This document shows positions 38,399 to 47,238 of a stretch of DNA of 47,238 bases, one piece after another. The DNA is from Candidatus Eiseniibacteriota bacterium. Lineage in GTDB: Bacteria; Eisenbacteria; RBG-16-71-46; SZUA-252. Both the position numbers and the translations under genes were made by a program. Below the pieces are notes generated by a model. The model was not told where the DNA came from and made no database searches. It saw only the letters and a program-made list of their open reading frames with translations. How positions within the stretch are numbered: position 1 is the first letter of the stretch; each line of letters starts with the position of its first letter. The DNA is taken from the NCBI GenBank assembly GCA_031370645.1, contig JANMQV010000089.1:1-47238 (forward strand), in the 5' to 3' direction.

Positions 38399-39400
38399 AT
38401 GCGTTGGGCCGCACCCGAATTCTTCGCGCTCTTCTGGATCGTGCCGGTCGCGGCCGCGCTCGTGCTCTGGATGTCGCGCGCCCGTCGGCGGGACGAGTCG
38501 GCGCTCGGGGACCGGGAAGCGCTGCGTCGCCGGTGGGGCGCGCCGGGGCGGTGGAACGGCCCGATTCGAACTCTCCTTTTCCTCGGCGCGGTGGCGGCGG
38601 GGATCGTCGCGCTCGCGCGGCCGCAGGCGGGACTTCGGCTCGTGAGCACAACGAGCACCGGCCCCGATGTCGTGATCGCGCTCGATCTCTCGGAGAGCAT
38701 GCACGCGCGGGACGCGAAGCCCGATCGCCTCGGCGCCGCGCGCCGGGAGATGTCGATGCTCCTCCGTTCGCTCGAGGGCTCAGCCATCGGGCTCGTCGGA
38801 TTCGCGGGGGAAGCGCGCGTGCTGAGCCCGCTCACGACCGACCTGGAAGGACTTCGCGACCGGATCGACGCCGCGAGCCCGGAGGAACTCGACGTTACCG
38901 GGAGCGACATCGGCGGCGCCGTCGCTCTCGCGGGCCAGTTGTTGCGACGCCCCGGCGATCGCCCGCGCGCGGTGGTGCTCGTGACGGACGGCGAACAGCT
39001 CGAGGGCGACGTGGCGCGCGGGCTCCCGCTCCTTCGAGCGTCGGGCGCCTCGTTCATCGTCCTCGGCGTCGGCACGCCGGAAGGGGCCACGATTCCCGTC
39101 GTCGATACGACCGGCGCCGTCATCGGCGTGAAGCGCGACGGTCGCGACCACGTCGTGACGACCCGCCTCAACGAGGACGCGCTCCGCGGCCTCGCCCGGA
39201 GCGCGGGGGGACGCTACGAACGGGCCGACGGCAGCGGACGCGCCGGAAAGCTGGCGGCGGGCTACGCGCGCGGCAGCGATCGGGGCGACCGCGGTGGCCG
39301 TTCGCTCCGCGCGTACGACGAGCGCTTCCATTGGTTCGCCGCCCTCGCGGCCCTCTTCCTTGCGGCCGAAGCGATGGTGCCGCGGCGGAGGGGCGCGTGA
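38399..39400 (+). CDS. batB: vWA domain protein BatB
   Basis: ALARPQ, DLSESMHARDAKPDRL, PLTTD, VTDGE and GVGTPEGATIP. Confidence 0.88.
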   Translation: MRWAAPEFFALFWIVPVAAALVLWMSRARRRDESALGDREALRRRWGAPGRWNGPIRTLLFLGAVAAGIVALARPQAGLRLVSTTSTGPDVVIALDLSESMHARDAKPDRLGAARREMSMLLRSLEGSAIGLVGFAGEARVLSPLTTDLEGLRDRIDAASPEELDVTGSDIGGAVALAGQLLRRPGDRPRAVVLVTDGEQLEGDVARGLPLLRASGASFIVLGVGTPEGATIPVVDTTGAVIGVKRDGRDHVVTTRLNEDALRGLARSAGGRYERADGSGRAGKLAAGYARGSDRGDRGGRSLRAYDERFHWFAALAALFLAAEAMVPRRRGA

Positions 39401-40152
39401 AGCGAATCCACTCCCGCGCCGACGCCGCGTTCTCCGACCTCGCGCGCGCGCTCCTGCTCATCGCGGCAATCGGATCGGCGGGCGCAGGCTACGAATGGGG
39501 AGGAGCGGCCGCGCGCGGACTTCGCGAGCTTCGGGTGGGGAAATCGAAGGAGGCGATCGCGTCGCTCAAGGAGGCGCGCCGCGAGCGCCCCGAAGCGGGC
39601 GCCATCCGATTCGACCAGGCTCTCGCGTTTCGCGCGGCGGGGCTCGCCGACTCCGCGCGCGGCGCCTACCGCGAGGCGATGGACCTCGAGGGTGACGCCG
39701 CGCGTGCCGCGGCCGCCTACAACTTGGGAAACGAAGCGCTCAACGCCGGGAAGGTCGACGAGGCGATCTCGTCCTACCGCGACGCGCTTCGTCGGGAGCC
39801 GCACCGCGCCGACGCGAAGCGGAACCTCGAAGAGGCGCTCCGCCGCTCGCGCGAATCGAAGAAGCAGCCCCTTACGGGTAGTGGCGGCACGCAGGGACAG
39901 GGCTCCGGCGGTACGGGGAATCGCCAAGGCGGGAGCACGCCTCCACCCCCCGGTTCCTCCTCCGCGCCGCAACCGAATCGGAACGGCTCGACTCCTCCGC
40001 AAGGCACGAAGCTCGGAGCGCCCCTCCCGAGCAAGGAGGAGGCGGAGCACTGGCTCGAAGCTCTCGAGGCGGAACGCCGCGCGGGCCGCTCGCGGGAGCA
40101 GGCATCGAAGCGCGCCGCGGGGCGAGAGGGGAGGCCCGAGCATGATTGGTAG
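39397..40152 (+). CDS. batC: TPR protein BatC-like
   Basis: AAYNLGN, AISSYRDALRREP and DAKRNLE, then a low-complexity G/P/Q linker and terminal HDW. Start GTG 39397. Confidence 0.82.
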   Translation: MKRIHSRADAAFSDLARALLLIAAIGSAGAGYEWGGAAARGLRELRVGKSKEAIASLKEARRERPEAGAIRFDQALAFRAAGLADSARGAYREAMDLEGDAARAAAAYNLGNEALNAGKVDEAISSYRDALRREPHRADAKRNLEEALRRSRESKKQPLTGSGGTQGQGSGGTGNRQGGSTPPPPGSSSAPQPNRNGSTPPQGTKLGAPLPSKEEAEHWLEALEAERRAGRSREQASKRAAGREGRPEHDW

Positions 40153-41947
40153 TCGCGCCGCGGCGACGCGCACCCTCCTCATCGCGAGCCTGCTCTCGTT
40201 CGGCTTGGTACCGTGCGCCGGCGCCACCTTGATCCGCACCGTCGTCGCCGTCGACCGCCCGGTGGTTCAACGCGGGGAGCCGGTGATCGTGAGCGTCACG
40301 ATCGAGCAGTACGGCTTCTCCTCCGCCACCGTGGAGGAGCCGCGTCCGGCCGGAATGGCGATCGAACGAGCCGGCACGTCGCAGAATCTAGTTATCGCCG
40401 CCGGGACGGTGGTCCGCACCGACGTCACGCTCTTCCGTGTCACCGCCATGCTTCCGGGGAAGTACACGATTCCACCCTTCAAGGTAGAACTCGACGGGAA
40501 GCGAACGGAGACGAGGCCCGTGACGTTCGAGGTTGTGGCATCACTCCCTCCTGGCGCCGGCGGAGGCGAGCCGGGGGGCCAAAGCGAGGGCGAAGACCGA
40601 TCGGCGCTCTTCGCGCGCTTCGTCGTCGACCGCCGGCACGTGACCTGGAACGAACAGATCGTCGCGCACATTCAAGTGCTCTCGCGCACGCCGCTCGAGG
40701 ACATGCCGGCCTGGGAGGCTCCCGAGGCGACCGGGTTCTGGGGCGAACCGCTCGGCGAGCCGCGCCACGACCGCGTGACGATCGATGGACGCGCGTACGA
40801 CCGCTACGAGCGAATCGTGGCATTCTTTCCGACGCGCCCCGGCCGCCTGACCTTGGGCCCGGCGCGAGCCCGCGTCCATGTTGTTCGCCACCACGAGCCG
40901 ACGTTCGATCCGCTCGGCGGCCTCCTGATGTCGGCGCCGACGGAGGTGGTCGAACTTCCGCTCGAGGCGGCGCCGGTGGACATCGCCGTCGATCCGCTTC
41001 CAGCAGGCGCGCCGCCGGAATTTCAGGGCGCCGTCGGAACGCTCTCGCTCGCGGTACGCGTCGACCGGCCCCGCGTCCGTGTCGGCGAGCCGCTCACCGT
41101 CTCGACCGCAGTTCGAGGAGACGGAAATCTCGCCTCCGCGACCGATCCCCGCATCGTGACGATCCCGGACTGCCCCTCCTATCCCGCCGGCGCCCGTACC
41201 GACCTCGATCGCTCCGGAGGGCGGCTCCGTGGTTCCCGACGCCGCGACATCGCGTTCATTCCCGATCAGCCGGGCTCGCTCCTCGTCCTGCCGATCGCGT
41301 TCGCCTGGTTCGATCCGGAAGCAGGGCGCTATCGCGTCCAGCGCTCCGACACCATCGTCGTGCGAGTCGATCCGGCGAAAGAGGGGAGCGTCGCGGCCGC
41401 CGGCGTGGCGCAGACCGCGGTCGGCGTCCCGGCCGCACCCCGAGCGGCAAACGCGCCTTCGCCGCGAATCAGGGCGCGAGGGAACGCGGAGCCATCGCTA
41501 CATGGGTGGCCGAGCGGGTTTCCGCTGCTCTCCGGTCTTCTTTCACTCGCGGGGTACGCCGGCTTCGGAATGGCGGCGTCCGCGCGGCGACGGGCTGCCA
41601 AGGATCCGCGGAAGCGGCGTGAGGCGCTCCTTCGCGAAGCCGCGGGCGATTTGGCGCGGGCCGCGGCCTCGCCGGGCGAGCCGCGCGCGGCCGAACGGGC
41701 GGAGGCGGCGCTTCGCGACGCGGCCGGAATTCGGTTCGGCATCGATCCAGAGGGCAGGTCGCGTCGCGATCTGCTCGACCGGCTCCGCGCGGCGGAGGTA
41801 GCGGGTGCGGAGATCGAAGCGATCGCGGAGTCCCTCCAGCGCCTCGAGCAGTCCGCGTTCGCGCCGGGAGGATCGGGCGACGCGAAGGCCGCCCTGGAAA
41901 GCGCCGCAACGATCGCGCGCCGATGGAGCGACGAATGCCGGGCCTGA
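40142..41947 (+). CDS. batD: BatD family protein
   Basis: Signal peptide, three Ig-like beta domains (VDRPVVQRGE, PLPAG...FQGAVG, VRVGEPLT...GDGNL, FAWFDP...Y) and a TM segment. Start ATG 40142. Confidence 0.85.
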   Translation: MIGSRAAATRTLLIASLLSFGLVPCAGATLIRTVVAVDRPVVQRGEPVIVSVTIEQYGFSSATVEEPRPAGMAIERAGTSQNLVIAAGTVVRTDVTLFRVTAMLPGKYTIPPFKVELDGKRTETRPVTFEVVASLPPGAGGGEPGGQSEGEDRSALFARFVVDRRHVTWNEQIVAHIQVLSRTPLEDMPAWEAPEATGFWGEPLGEPRHDRVTIDGRAYDRYERIVAFFPTRPGRLTLGPARARVHVVRHHEPTFDPLGGLLMSAPTEVVELPLEAAPVDIAVDPLPAGAPPEFQGAVGTLSLAVRVDRPRVRVGEPLTVSTAVRGDGNLASATDPRIVTIPDCPSYPAGARTDLDRSGGRLRGSRRRDIAFIPDQPGSLLVLPIAFAWFDPEAGRYRVQRSDTIVVRVDPAKEGSVAAAGVAQTAVGVPAAPRAANAPSPRIRARGNAEPSLHGWPSGFPLLSGLLSLAGYAGFGMAASARRRAAKDPRKRREALLREAAGDLARAAASPGEPRAAERAEAALRDAAGIRFGIDPEGRSRRDLLDRLRAAEVAGAEIEAIAESLQRLEQSAFAPGGSGDAKAALESAATIARRWSDECRA

Positions 41948-42639
41948 ACGACGCGACCGCGCTCTACGACGCGGGAAGTGACGCGTTGGCGCACGGGCGT
42001 CTCGGAGAAGCCGTTCTACTTCTCCGCGGCGCGGCGCGGATCGAACCGCGGGCCAAGGACGTCGCGCGAAATCTCTCTATCGCGGAGGCGCGCGTGGCGC
42101 TCTCGCGCGGCGAAATCGCCGAGCAGGGAAAGACGCCCGGCGCAGGTGGGACCGGAATGCTTCTCTCCTCGGGTGAAGGGTGGCTCCTCGCGGTGCTCCT
42201 CCTGGCCCTCGGTGCGGCCGGCATGGCATGGCGCTGGAGGCGAGCGGGCGAGATCACCGCGCACGTGAAGCCAGAGCCGCGCGCTGCACGCCTCACGCGC
42301 CGCGCCCTCGACATCGCCGGGCTCACCGGGCTCCTTGCAGCGCTCCTTCTCTCAGGGATGGCGCTTCAAGATCAACTCTTTCCCGAAGCCGTGGTAGTGG
42401 ACGCATCGCTGCCCCTCACGGCCGCCTCGGGGCAGCCGCTCCCCGACGCGCCGGCACTCGTGGCGGGGGAGCGGGTCCGCCTCGCCGGCGAAAGGGAAGG
42501 GCTCGTCGAGATCCGCCTGGGCGGCACGTCGGTCGGCTGGGGCCGTCTCTCGGGCGTGTGGCGAGTCCGCGACGCGGCACGTTATACTTCCCCTTCTTCG
42601 ATGGAGCGCGGTGCGAGCAGGGAGGGAACGAATGGCTGA
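41935..42639 (+). CDS. batE: BatE-like TPR/TM/SH3-like protein
   Basis: N-terminal TPR (YDAG...GRLGEAV...EPRAKDVARNL), two TM helices and an SH3-like end (GERVRL...VGW). ATG 41935 follows GGAG; 41923 is an alternative start. Confidence 0.72.
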   Translation: MPGLNDATALYDAGSDALAHGRLGEAVLLLRGAARIEPRAKDVARNLSIAEARVALSRGEIAEQGKTPGAGGTGMLLSSGEGWLLAVLLLALGAAGMAWRWRRAGEITAHVKPEPRAARLTRRALDIAGLTGLLAALLLSGMALQDQLFPEAVVVDASLPLTAASGQPLPDAPALVAGERVRLAGEREGLVEIRLGGTSVGWGRLSGVWRVRDAARYTSPSSMERGASREGTNG

Positions 42640-43348
42640 GAAGGCCGCGGCGTGGATCACCGGAGGGACGGGTGCGCTCGGCGCCGTCGTCACGCGGGAT
42701 TTTCTCGCGGCCGGCTATCGCGTCGCCGTGACCTACCGCGGGAAGAGCGAGTGGGACACGCTCGCCGCTTCCGAGGCATCCGCGGTCGCTGCCGGCCGGC
42801 TACTCGGCGTCGCGACGGATGTGACGGATGAGGAGTCGGTGAGACAGGCGGCCGCCGCGGCCAACGAGAAGTTCGACCGGCTTGATGTCCTCGTCCACAT
42901 CGCCGGCGGATACTCCGGCGGCGCGAACGTGGAGGCTGTCGACGCGCGGACCGTCCGCTCCATGATCGACACCAATCTCATCTCGGCGTTCTGGGCCGCG
43001 AAGCACGCGATCCCTCACGCGAAGCGCCACGGCCGCGGACGCCTTCTCTTCATCTCTTCGCGTGGCGCGCTGGAACCGAACCCGGGCGCGGCGGCCTACG
43101 CCGCGGCGAAGCTGGGCCTCCACGCCCTAGTGCAGACGCTGGCGAAGGAACTGAAGCACGAGGGGGTCACCGCAAACGCGGTGCTTCCCTCCATCATCGA
43201 CACGGCGGCGAATCGCGCCTCCATGGCGGGCGGCAAATTCGACGATTGGGTGAAGCCCGAAACGATCGCCCAGCTCCTTCTCTTCCTCGCCTCCGAGGCC
43301 GCCGCGGCGACGTCGGGAGCGCTCGTTCCGATCTATGGGAGGGCCTGA
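42632..43348 (+). CDS. Short-chain dehydrogenase/reductase
   Basis: TGGTGALG Rossmann motif, ISSRG, YAAAK catalytic motif and LPSIIDT. Start ATG 42632. Confidence 0.92.
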   Translation: MAEKAAAWITGGTGALGAVVTRDFLAAGYRVAVTYRGKSEWDTLAASEASAVAAGRLLGVATDVTDEESVRQAAAAANEKFDRLDVLVHIAGGYSGGANVEAVDARTVRSMIDTNLISAFWAAKHAIPHAKRHGRGRLLFISSRGALEPNPGAAAYAAAKLGLHALVQTLAKELKHEGVTANAVLPSIIDTAANRASMAGGKFDDWVKPETIAQLLLFLASEAAAATSGALVPIYGRA

Positions 43349-44457
43349 TGAGCAAAGCCCGTGCGAAGTACACCAAGGGCGCCACAATCGCTCCGGACCC
43401 GTTGAAGCCCGGAACCACGGTCGAACAACTCGTCGACAGCACGTTCCTCGCCTATAACGGCGCTCGGCTCCGGGAGGCGTGCCGCCTCTTCGTGGAACGG
43501 ATGCTCGAGCCGGACGTCACCGTCGGCCTCACCCTGAGCGGCGCGCTCACGCCCGCGGGACTCGGGCGCTCGTGTCTCATCCCGCTTCTCAAGTCGGGCT
43601 TCGTCGACTGGATGATCTCGACCGGCGCGAATCTCTACCACGATACCCACTTCGGCATCGGTCTCACCATGCATCAGGGGCAGGCGAACGCCGATGACAT
43701 CGCGCTTCGCGAGCAGGGGATCGTTCGAATCTTCGACATCTTCTTCGATTACGAGGTGCTGCTCTCGACCGATTCGTTCTTCCGGGAAGTGATGCGCCTG
43801 CCGGAATTCCGCCAGCCGATGAGCACGGCCGAGTTCCATTATCGCGCCGGACGCTACGTGGCGGAGCGCGAGAAGGCGCTGGGGCAGGTGGAGACTTCGC
43901 TCCTCGCGGCGGCGCACGGGCTCGACGTGCCGATCTACACCTCCTCGCCCGGCGACTCCTCGATCGGCATGAACGCCGCGGCGCTCCAGTTGGAAGGGGA
44001 GTCGATCCACTGGGACGTCTTCAAGGACGTGAACGAAACGGCGTCGATCGTCTACGACGCGAAGAAGAAGGGCGGAAAGAGCGCGATCCTCATTCTGGGC
44101 GGCGGATCTCCGAAGAATTTCGCGCTCCAGACGGAACCGCAGATCCAGGAAGTTCTCGGGCTCGACGAGGCGGGGCACGACTACTTCCTCCAGGTGACCG
44201 ATGCGCGCGTCGACACGGGCGGACTCTCGGGCGCCACGCCGGGAGAAGCGGTGTCGTGGGGGAAGATCGATCCCGACCGGCTCCCCGACGCCGTCGTGGC
44301 CTACGTCGACAGCACGATCGCGCTTCCGATTCTTACGGCGTACGCGCTGAGCAAACGCCCCGCGCGACCGCTGAAGCGTCTCTACGCCAAGCGCGACGCC
44401 TTGATGGCGAGCCTGAAGGCGGCCCACGCGGAGGCGCGCGCGGCGGGCACTCGGTGA
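43348..44457 (+). CDS. Deoxyhypusine synthase-like protein (SpeY-type homospermidine synthase candidate)
   Basis: [31 protein letters not shown] and [17 protein letters not shown] with the catalytic Lys. Start ATG 43348. Confidence 0.9.
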   Translation: MSKARAKYTKGATIAPDPLKPGTTVEQLVDSTFLAYNGARLREACRLFVERMLEPDVTVGLTLSGALTPAGLGRSCLIPLLKSGFVDWMISTGANLYHDTHFGIGLTMHQGQANADDIALREQGIVRIFDIFFDYEVLLSTDSFFREVMRLPEFRQPMSTAEFHYRAGRYVAEREKALGQVETSLLAAAHGLDVPIYTSSPGDSSIGMNAAALQLEGESIHWDVFKDVNETASIVYDAKKKGGKSAILILGGGSPKNFALQTEPQIQEVLGLDEAGHDYFLQVTDARVDTGGLSGATPGEAVSWGKIDPDRLPDAVVAYVDSTIALPILTAYALSKRPARPLKRLYAKRDALMASLKAAHAEARAAGTR

Positions 44458-45617
44458 GAGAAGGCCGTCGGGCGCCTCGTTTCGCGGCGTGTCTTCGTGC
44501 GGCAATCGCCGCCGGGTTGCTCCTCGTCCTTCTGGCGGGGAACAGGGCGAACGCGGGCCCGGGGAGTTCGTCGCGGCTCTGCGGCGCCTGCCACGGACCA
44601 CTCCGGACGCAGTGGTCGGGGTCGGCGCACGCTACCTCGTGGACCAATCCCGTTTTTCAAGCGTTCCTGGCGGACGCGCGGGTGAAATTGGGCGACGGAA
44701 TTCAGTCGAGCTGCCTGCCGTGTCATGCGCCGCTGGCGCACGTTTCGAAGGACCTGAACGTGATCGACCCGGTCGCCCAGGAGGGCGTTGGCTGTAACTT
44801 CTGCCACAACGTAAGCGCCGTCGATCCGTCCACTCAACCCGGCTCCTACACCTTCGACGCGTCGAACCCGAACCTCATGCGCGGTCCCTACCGCGACGCC
44901 GATCCGGCGGGGGCGCACGAGGCCGTCTACAGCGAGATTCACACGCAGCCCGAGTTCTGCGCGTCGTGCCATTCGGCGGCGAGCCCAAAGAGCGGTCTCC
45001 TGATCGAAGCGACCTACCTCTCGTGGAAGCGCTCGAGCGGCGCCGAGTACGACATGACGTGCCAGGAGTGCCACATGCCTCCGGCGCCCGGGAAGGCGGC
45101 CACGGTGGCGACGAAGACGCGCCCTGCGGTGAACGCGCACACGTTCGTGGGCCCTCGTTCGACACCAGCGTGGCTCTCCGACGCGGCGACCATGAAGGGT
45201 TCGGTCGCTTCGGGGCGCCTCCGCCTCGAGGTGGAGAACGTGAAAGCGGGGCACTCCCTTCCGGGAGGTGGGAATTCAATGCGCACGATCACGCTCGACG
45301 TGGTCTTCACGAACGCCGCGGGCGCTGAGGTGAAGAGGATGCAGGCCGAACGATTCGGAACCGAGTTCGCCGACGCGAAAGGCGTCTCGCCCGTTCCCAA
45401 GTGGATGGGGCGGAGCGTTGCTCGCGCGACGGAGATCGGGCCCGACAGCTCCAGAGTGGTCCTCTGTGATGTTCCGCCGGGAGCGACCCGAGCGGAAGCG
45501 ATTCTGACCTATCACGCGATCCACCCCGCCTACCGAGCGATGCTCGCGAAGCGCGGCGTGAATCTTTCCGGTCGAGCGCCTGTCGTCTTGGCGCGGACCA
45601 CGGTGGTGCTGCCATGA
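44454..45617 (+). CDS. Exported pentaheme c-type cytochrome (c554-like domain plus beta-rich C-terminal domain)
   Basis: Signal peptide and five CxxCH motifs (CGACH, CLPCH, CNFCH, CASCH, CQECH), plus AGHSLPGG. Start GTG 44454. Confidence 0.88.
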   Translation: MREGRRAPRFAACLRAAIAAGLLLVLLAGNRANAGPGSSSRLCGACHGPLRTQWSGSAHATSWTNPVFQAFLADARVKLGDGIQSSCLPCHAPLAHVSKDLNVIDPVAQEGVGCNFCHNVSAVDPSTQPGSYTFDASNPNLMRGPYRDADPAGAHEAVYSEIHTQPEFCASCHSAASPKSGLLIEATYLSWKRSSGAEYDMTCQECHMPPAPGKAATVATKTRPAVNAHTFVGPRSTPAWLSDAATMKGSVASGRLRLEVENVKAGHSLPGGGNSMRTITLDVVFTNAAGAEVKRMQAERFGTEFADAKGVSPVPKWMGRSVARATEIGPDSSRVVLCDVPPGATRAEAILTYHAIHPAYRAMLAKRGVNLSGRAPVVLARTTVVLP

Positions 45618-46750
45618 ACGCCTCGACAACCGATCGCCCGATTCCGCTGCTCGACCTCGCCTCGCTCCATCGTCCGCTGGCGGACGAATTGCGCCAGGCG
45701 TTCGATCGAGTTCTCACCTCGGGGCAATTCATCCTCGGAGCCGAGCACGACGCCTTCGAACGCGAGCTCGCCGCCGCCTGTGGAACGAAGCACGCGGTCG
45801 GCGTTTCTTCGGGCACGGCGGCGATCTCGGTCGGCCTGCAGGCTCTCGGCGTCGGTCCGGGAGACGACGTGGTGGTTCCCGCCTTCACCTACTTTGCCAC
45901 CGCAAGCGCCGTGATCCACTCCGGCGCGCGGCCGGTTTTTGCCGATGTGGAGCCCGTTCGCTTCGGCCTCGACCCGGCGAGCCTTGAGGCCGCCATCACG
46001 CCGAAGACCAAGGCGGTCGTGCCGGTGCATCTCTACGGACTCGCGTGTGATTTGAATCCGGTCGTGGAGGTGGCGAAGCGCCGGGGACTGGCCGTGCTCG
46101 AGGACGCGGCGCAGGCGATCGGCGCGACCGATCAGGGGCGTCCGGTCGGGACGACCACGGCAGGTGCGACCCTCTCGTTTTTTCCGACGAAGAATCTCGG
46201 CGCGCTCGGCGACGCCGGCGCGCTCCTAACCGACCGCGACGAAGTGGCGGCGCGGATGCGGCTCCTTCGCGTACACGGCGACGCGGGGGACTACCGTCAC
46301 ACCGCCTTCGGCACGAACGCGCGGCTCGACGGTCTTCAGGCGGCGCTTCTCCGCGTGAAGTTGCGCCACCTCGCGGCGTGGACCGAGGCGCGGCGGAAGA
46401 ACGCGGCGCTCTACCGCGAGGCGCTCGCCGGGAGCGACGTGATTCTCCCGGTCGAGCCGGCGGGAGCGCTTCACACCTATCACCAATACACAATCCGGGC
46501 TCCGCGCCGCGACGCGCTGCAGGCGCATCTTCGCGTGATGGGGATCGCTTCGCGAATTTACTATCCGATCCCGGTCCCGGCGCAACCCTGCTTCCAGGAG
46601 ACGGGAACGCCCCCGGGAGGATTCCCGGTGTCCGAGCGTCTGGCGCGCGAAGTGTTGTCACTTCCGATCGGCCCTGAATTGACCCCGGAGTCGATCGTCC
46701 GCGTCGCGAGGGCCGTCCGCTCCTTCTACGTCGCGGGAGGAGCTTCCTGA
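45614..46750 (+). CDS. DegT/DnrJ/EryC1/StrS PLP-dependent sugar aminotransferase
   Basis: IPLLDL, FILG, SSGTAA, PVHLYG, EDAAQAIG, SFFPTKNLGALGDAG, NARLD and LSLP. Confidence 0.94.
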   Translation: MNASTTDRPIPLLDLASLHRPLADELRQAFDRVLTSGQFILGAEHDAFERELAAACGTKHAVGVSSGTAAISVGLQALGVGPGDDVVVPAFTYFATASAVIHSGARPVFADVEPVRFGLDPASLEAAITPKTKAVVPVHLYGLACDLNPVVEVAKRRGLAVLEDAAQAIGATDQGRPVGTTTAGATLSFFPTKNLGALGDAGALLTDRDEVAARMRLLRVHGDAGDYRHTAFGTNARLDGLQAALLRVKLRHLAAWTEARRKNAALYREALAGSDVILPVEPAGALHTYHQYTIRAPRRDALQAHLRVMGIASRIYYPIPVPAQPCFQETGTPPGGFPVSERLAREVLSLPIGPELTPESIVRVARAVRSFYVAGGAS

Positions 46751-47238
46751 TGACACGTCTTCTACGCATCGCGCTCATCGGCGTCGCGGCGCTGGCCGGC
46801 CTAGTCGCGCTCGTGATCGGGATCGCGTGGGCGTTCGTCCCGCGCGACTGGGTTTCGAAGGAAGCGCAGAAGCAGGCCGCGGCCATGAGCGGCGCCGACA
46901 TCAAGTGGCAGTCGCTGGAGTCGGGCATCGAATGGCTCGCGGTCGGCGTGCGACTGCGAGGGTTCACGGTCCGCATGCCGCGCGAAGGGGACCCGCGGCT
47001 CGATCTCAGGGCGAAGGAAGTCTTCGTTCGGTTCAAACTGCTTCCGCTTCTCCTCCGGCGCGTCGAGATCGCCGCGGCCCGCGTGAAGGACGCGGGAATT
47101 GCGACGTGGGACCGCGGTCCGCTCCCTCCGGAGCCGAAGGGCGCCGCGGGTACGAACGCCGGCGGTCTCGCGGTCGTTCTTCCGAAACTCGAGCTCGACG
47201 GAATCGATATCCGCACCCGCGATCTCTACGGCGGCGGG
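46750..47238 (+). CDS. AsmA-like protein, N-terminal part (3'-truncated by window edge)
   Basis: Not in the ORF track. ATG 46750 (TGATG overlap) opens a frame to the window end: MTRLLRIALIGVAALAGLVALVIGIAWAF TM anchor, then VFVRFKLLPLLLRRVEI, typical of AsmA N-termini. Confidence 0.72.
   Translation, partial: MTRLLRIALIGVAALAGLVALVIGIAWAFVPRDWVSKEAQKQAAAMSGADIKWQSLESGIEWLAVGVRLRGFTVRMPREGDPRLDLRAKEVFVRFKLLPLLLRRVEIAAARVKDAGIATWDRGPLPPEPKGAAGTNAGGLAVVLPKLELDGIDIRTRDLYGGG

Noticed and set aside
42558..42588. TATACT inside the batE 3' end as a promoter for the SDR block
   Set aside because: Good -10 hexamer (42583-42588) but no convincing -35 or extended -10 TG. Left uncalled; TSS data could revive it.

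Overview
GC-rich (by eye, not computed), gene-dense core-chromosome segment of a diderm, LPS-making bacterium. About 45 genes lie on the + strand, most joined by overlapping stop/start codons. Order: rel (3' part)-dtd-maf-mtnA | rplM-rpsI-rpsB-tsf-pyrH-frr-uppS-cdsA-dxr-[split heptose kinase and adenylyltransferase, 2x GT9, GT2, 2x GT4] | rseP-TamA-like Omp85-tamB-pcrA-gatCAB-purD-purE-tsaC | YwlE-like phosphatase-ilvE-glyA-moxR-DUF58-lipoprotein-batABCDE-SDR-deoxyhypusine-synthase-like-pentaheme cytochrome c-DegT aminotransferase-AsmA-like (truncated). The rplM-rpsI-rpsB-tsf order and the Bat operon suggest an FCB-related lineage (inference only). I found no mobile element, CRISPR array, tRNA, rRNA or defence system. 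Non-coding signals are three good sigma70-like promoters, an exact IHF-consensus site over the rseP promoter, and an S2-leader-like RNA before rpsB. The best candidate for an undescribed system is the coupled tail after batE (SDR, SpeY-like synthase, pentaheme cytochrome c, DegT, AsmA), but a shared function is only a hypothesis. Most of the window is ordinary housekeeping content.
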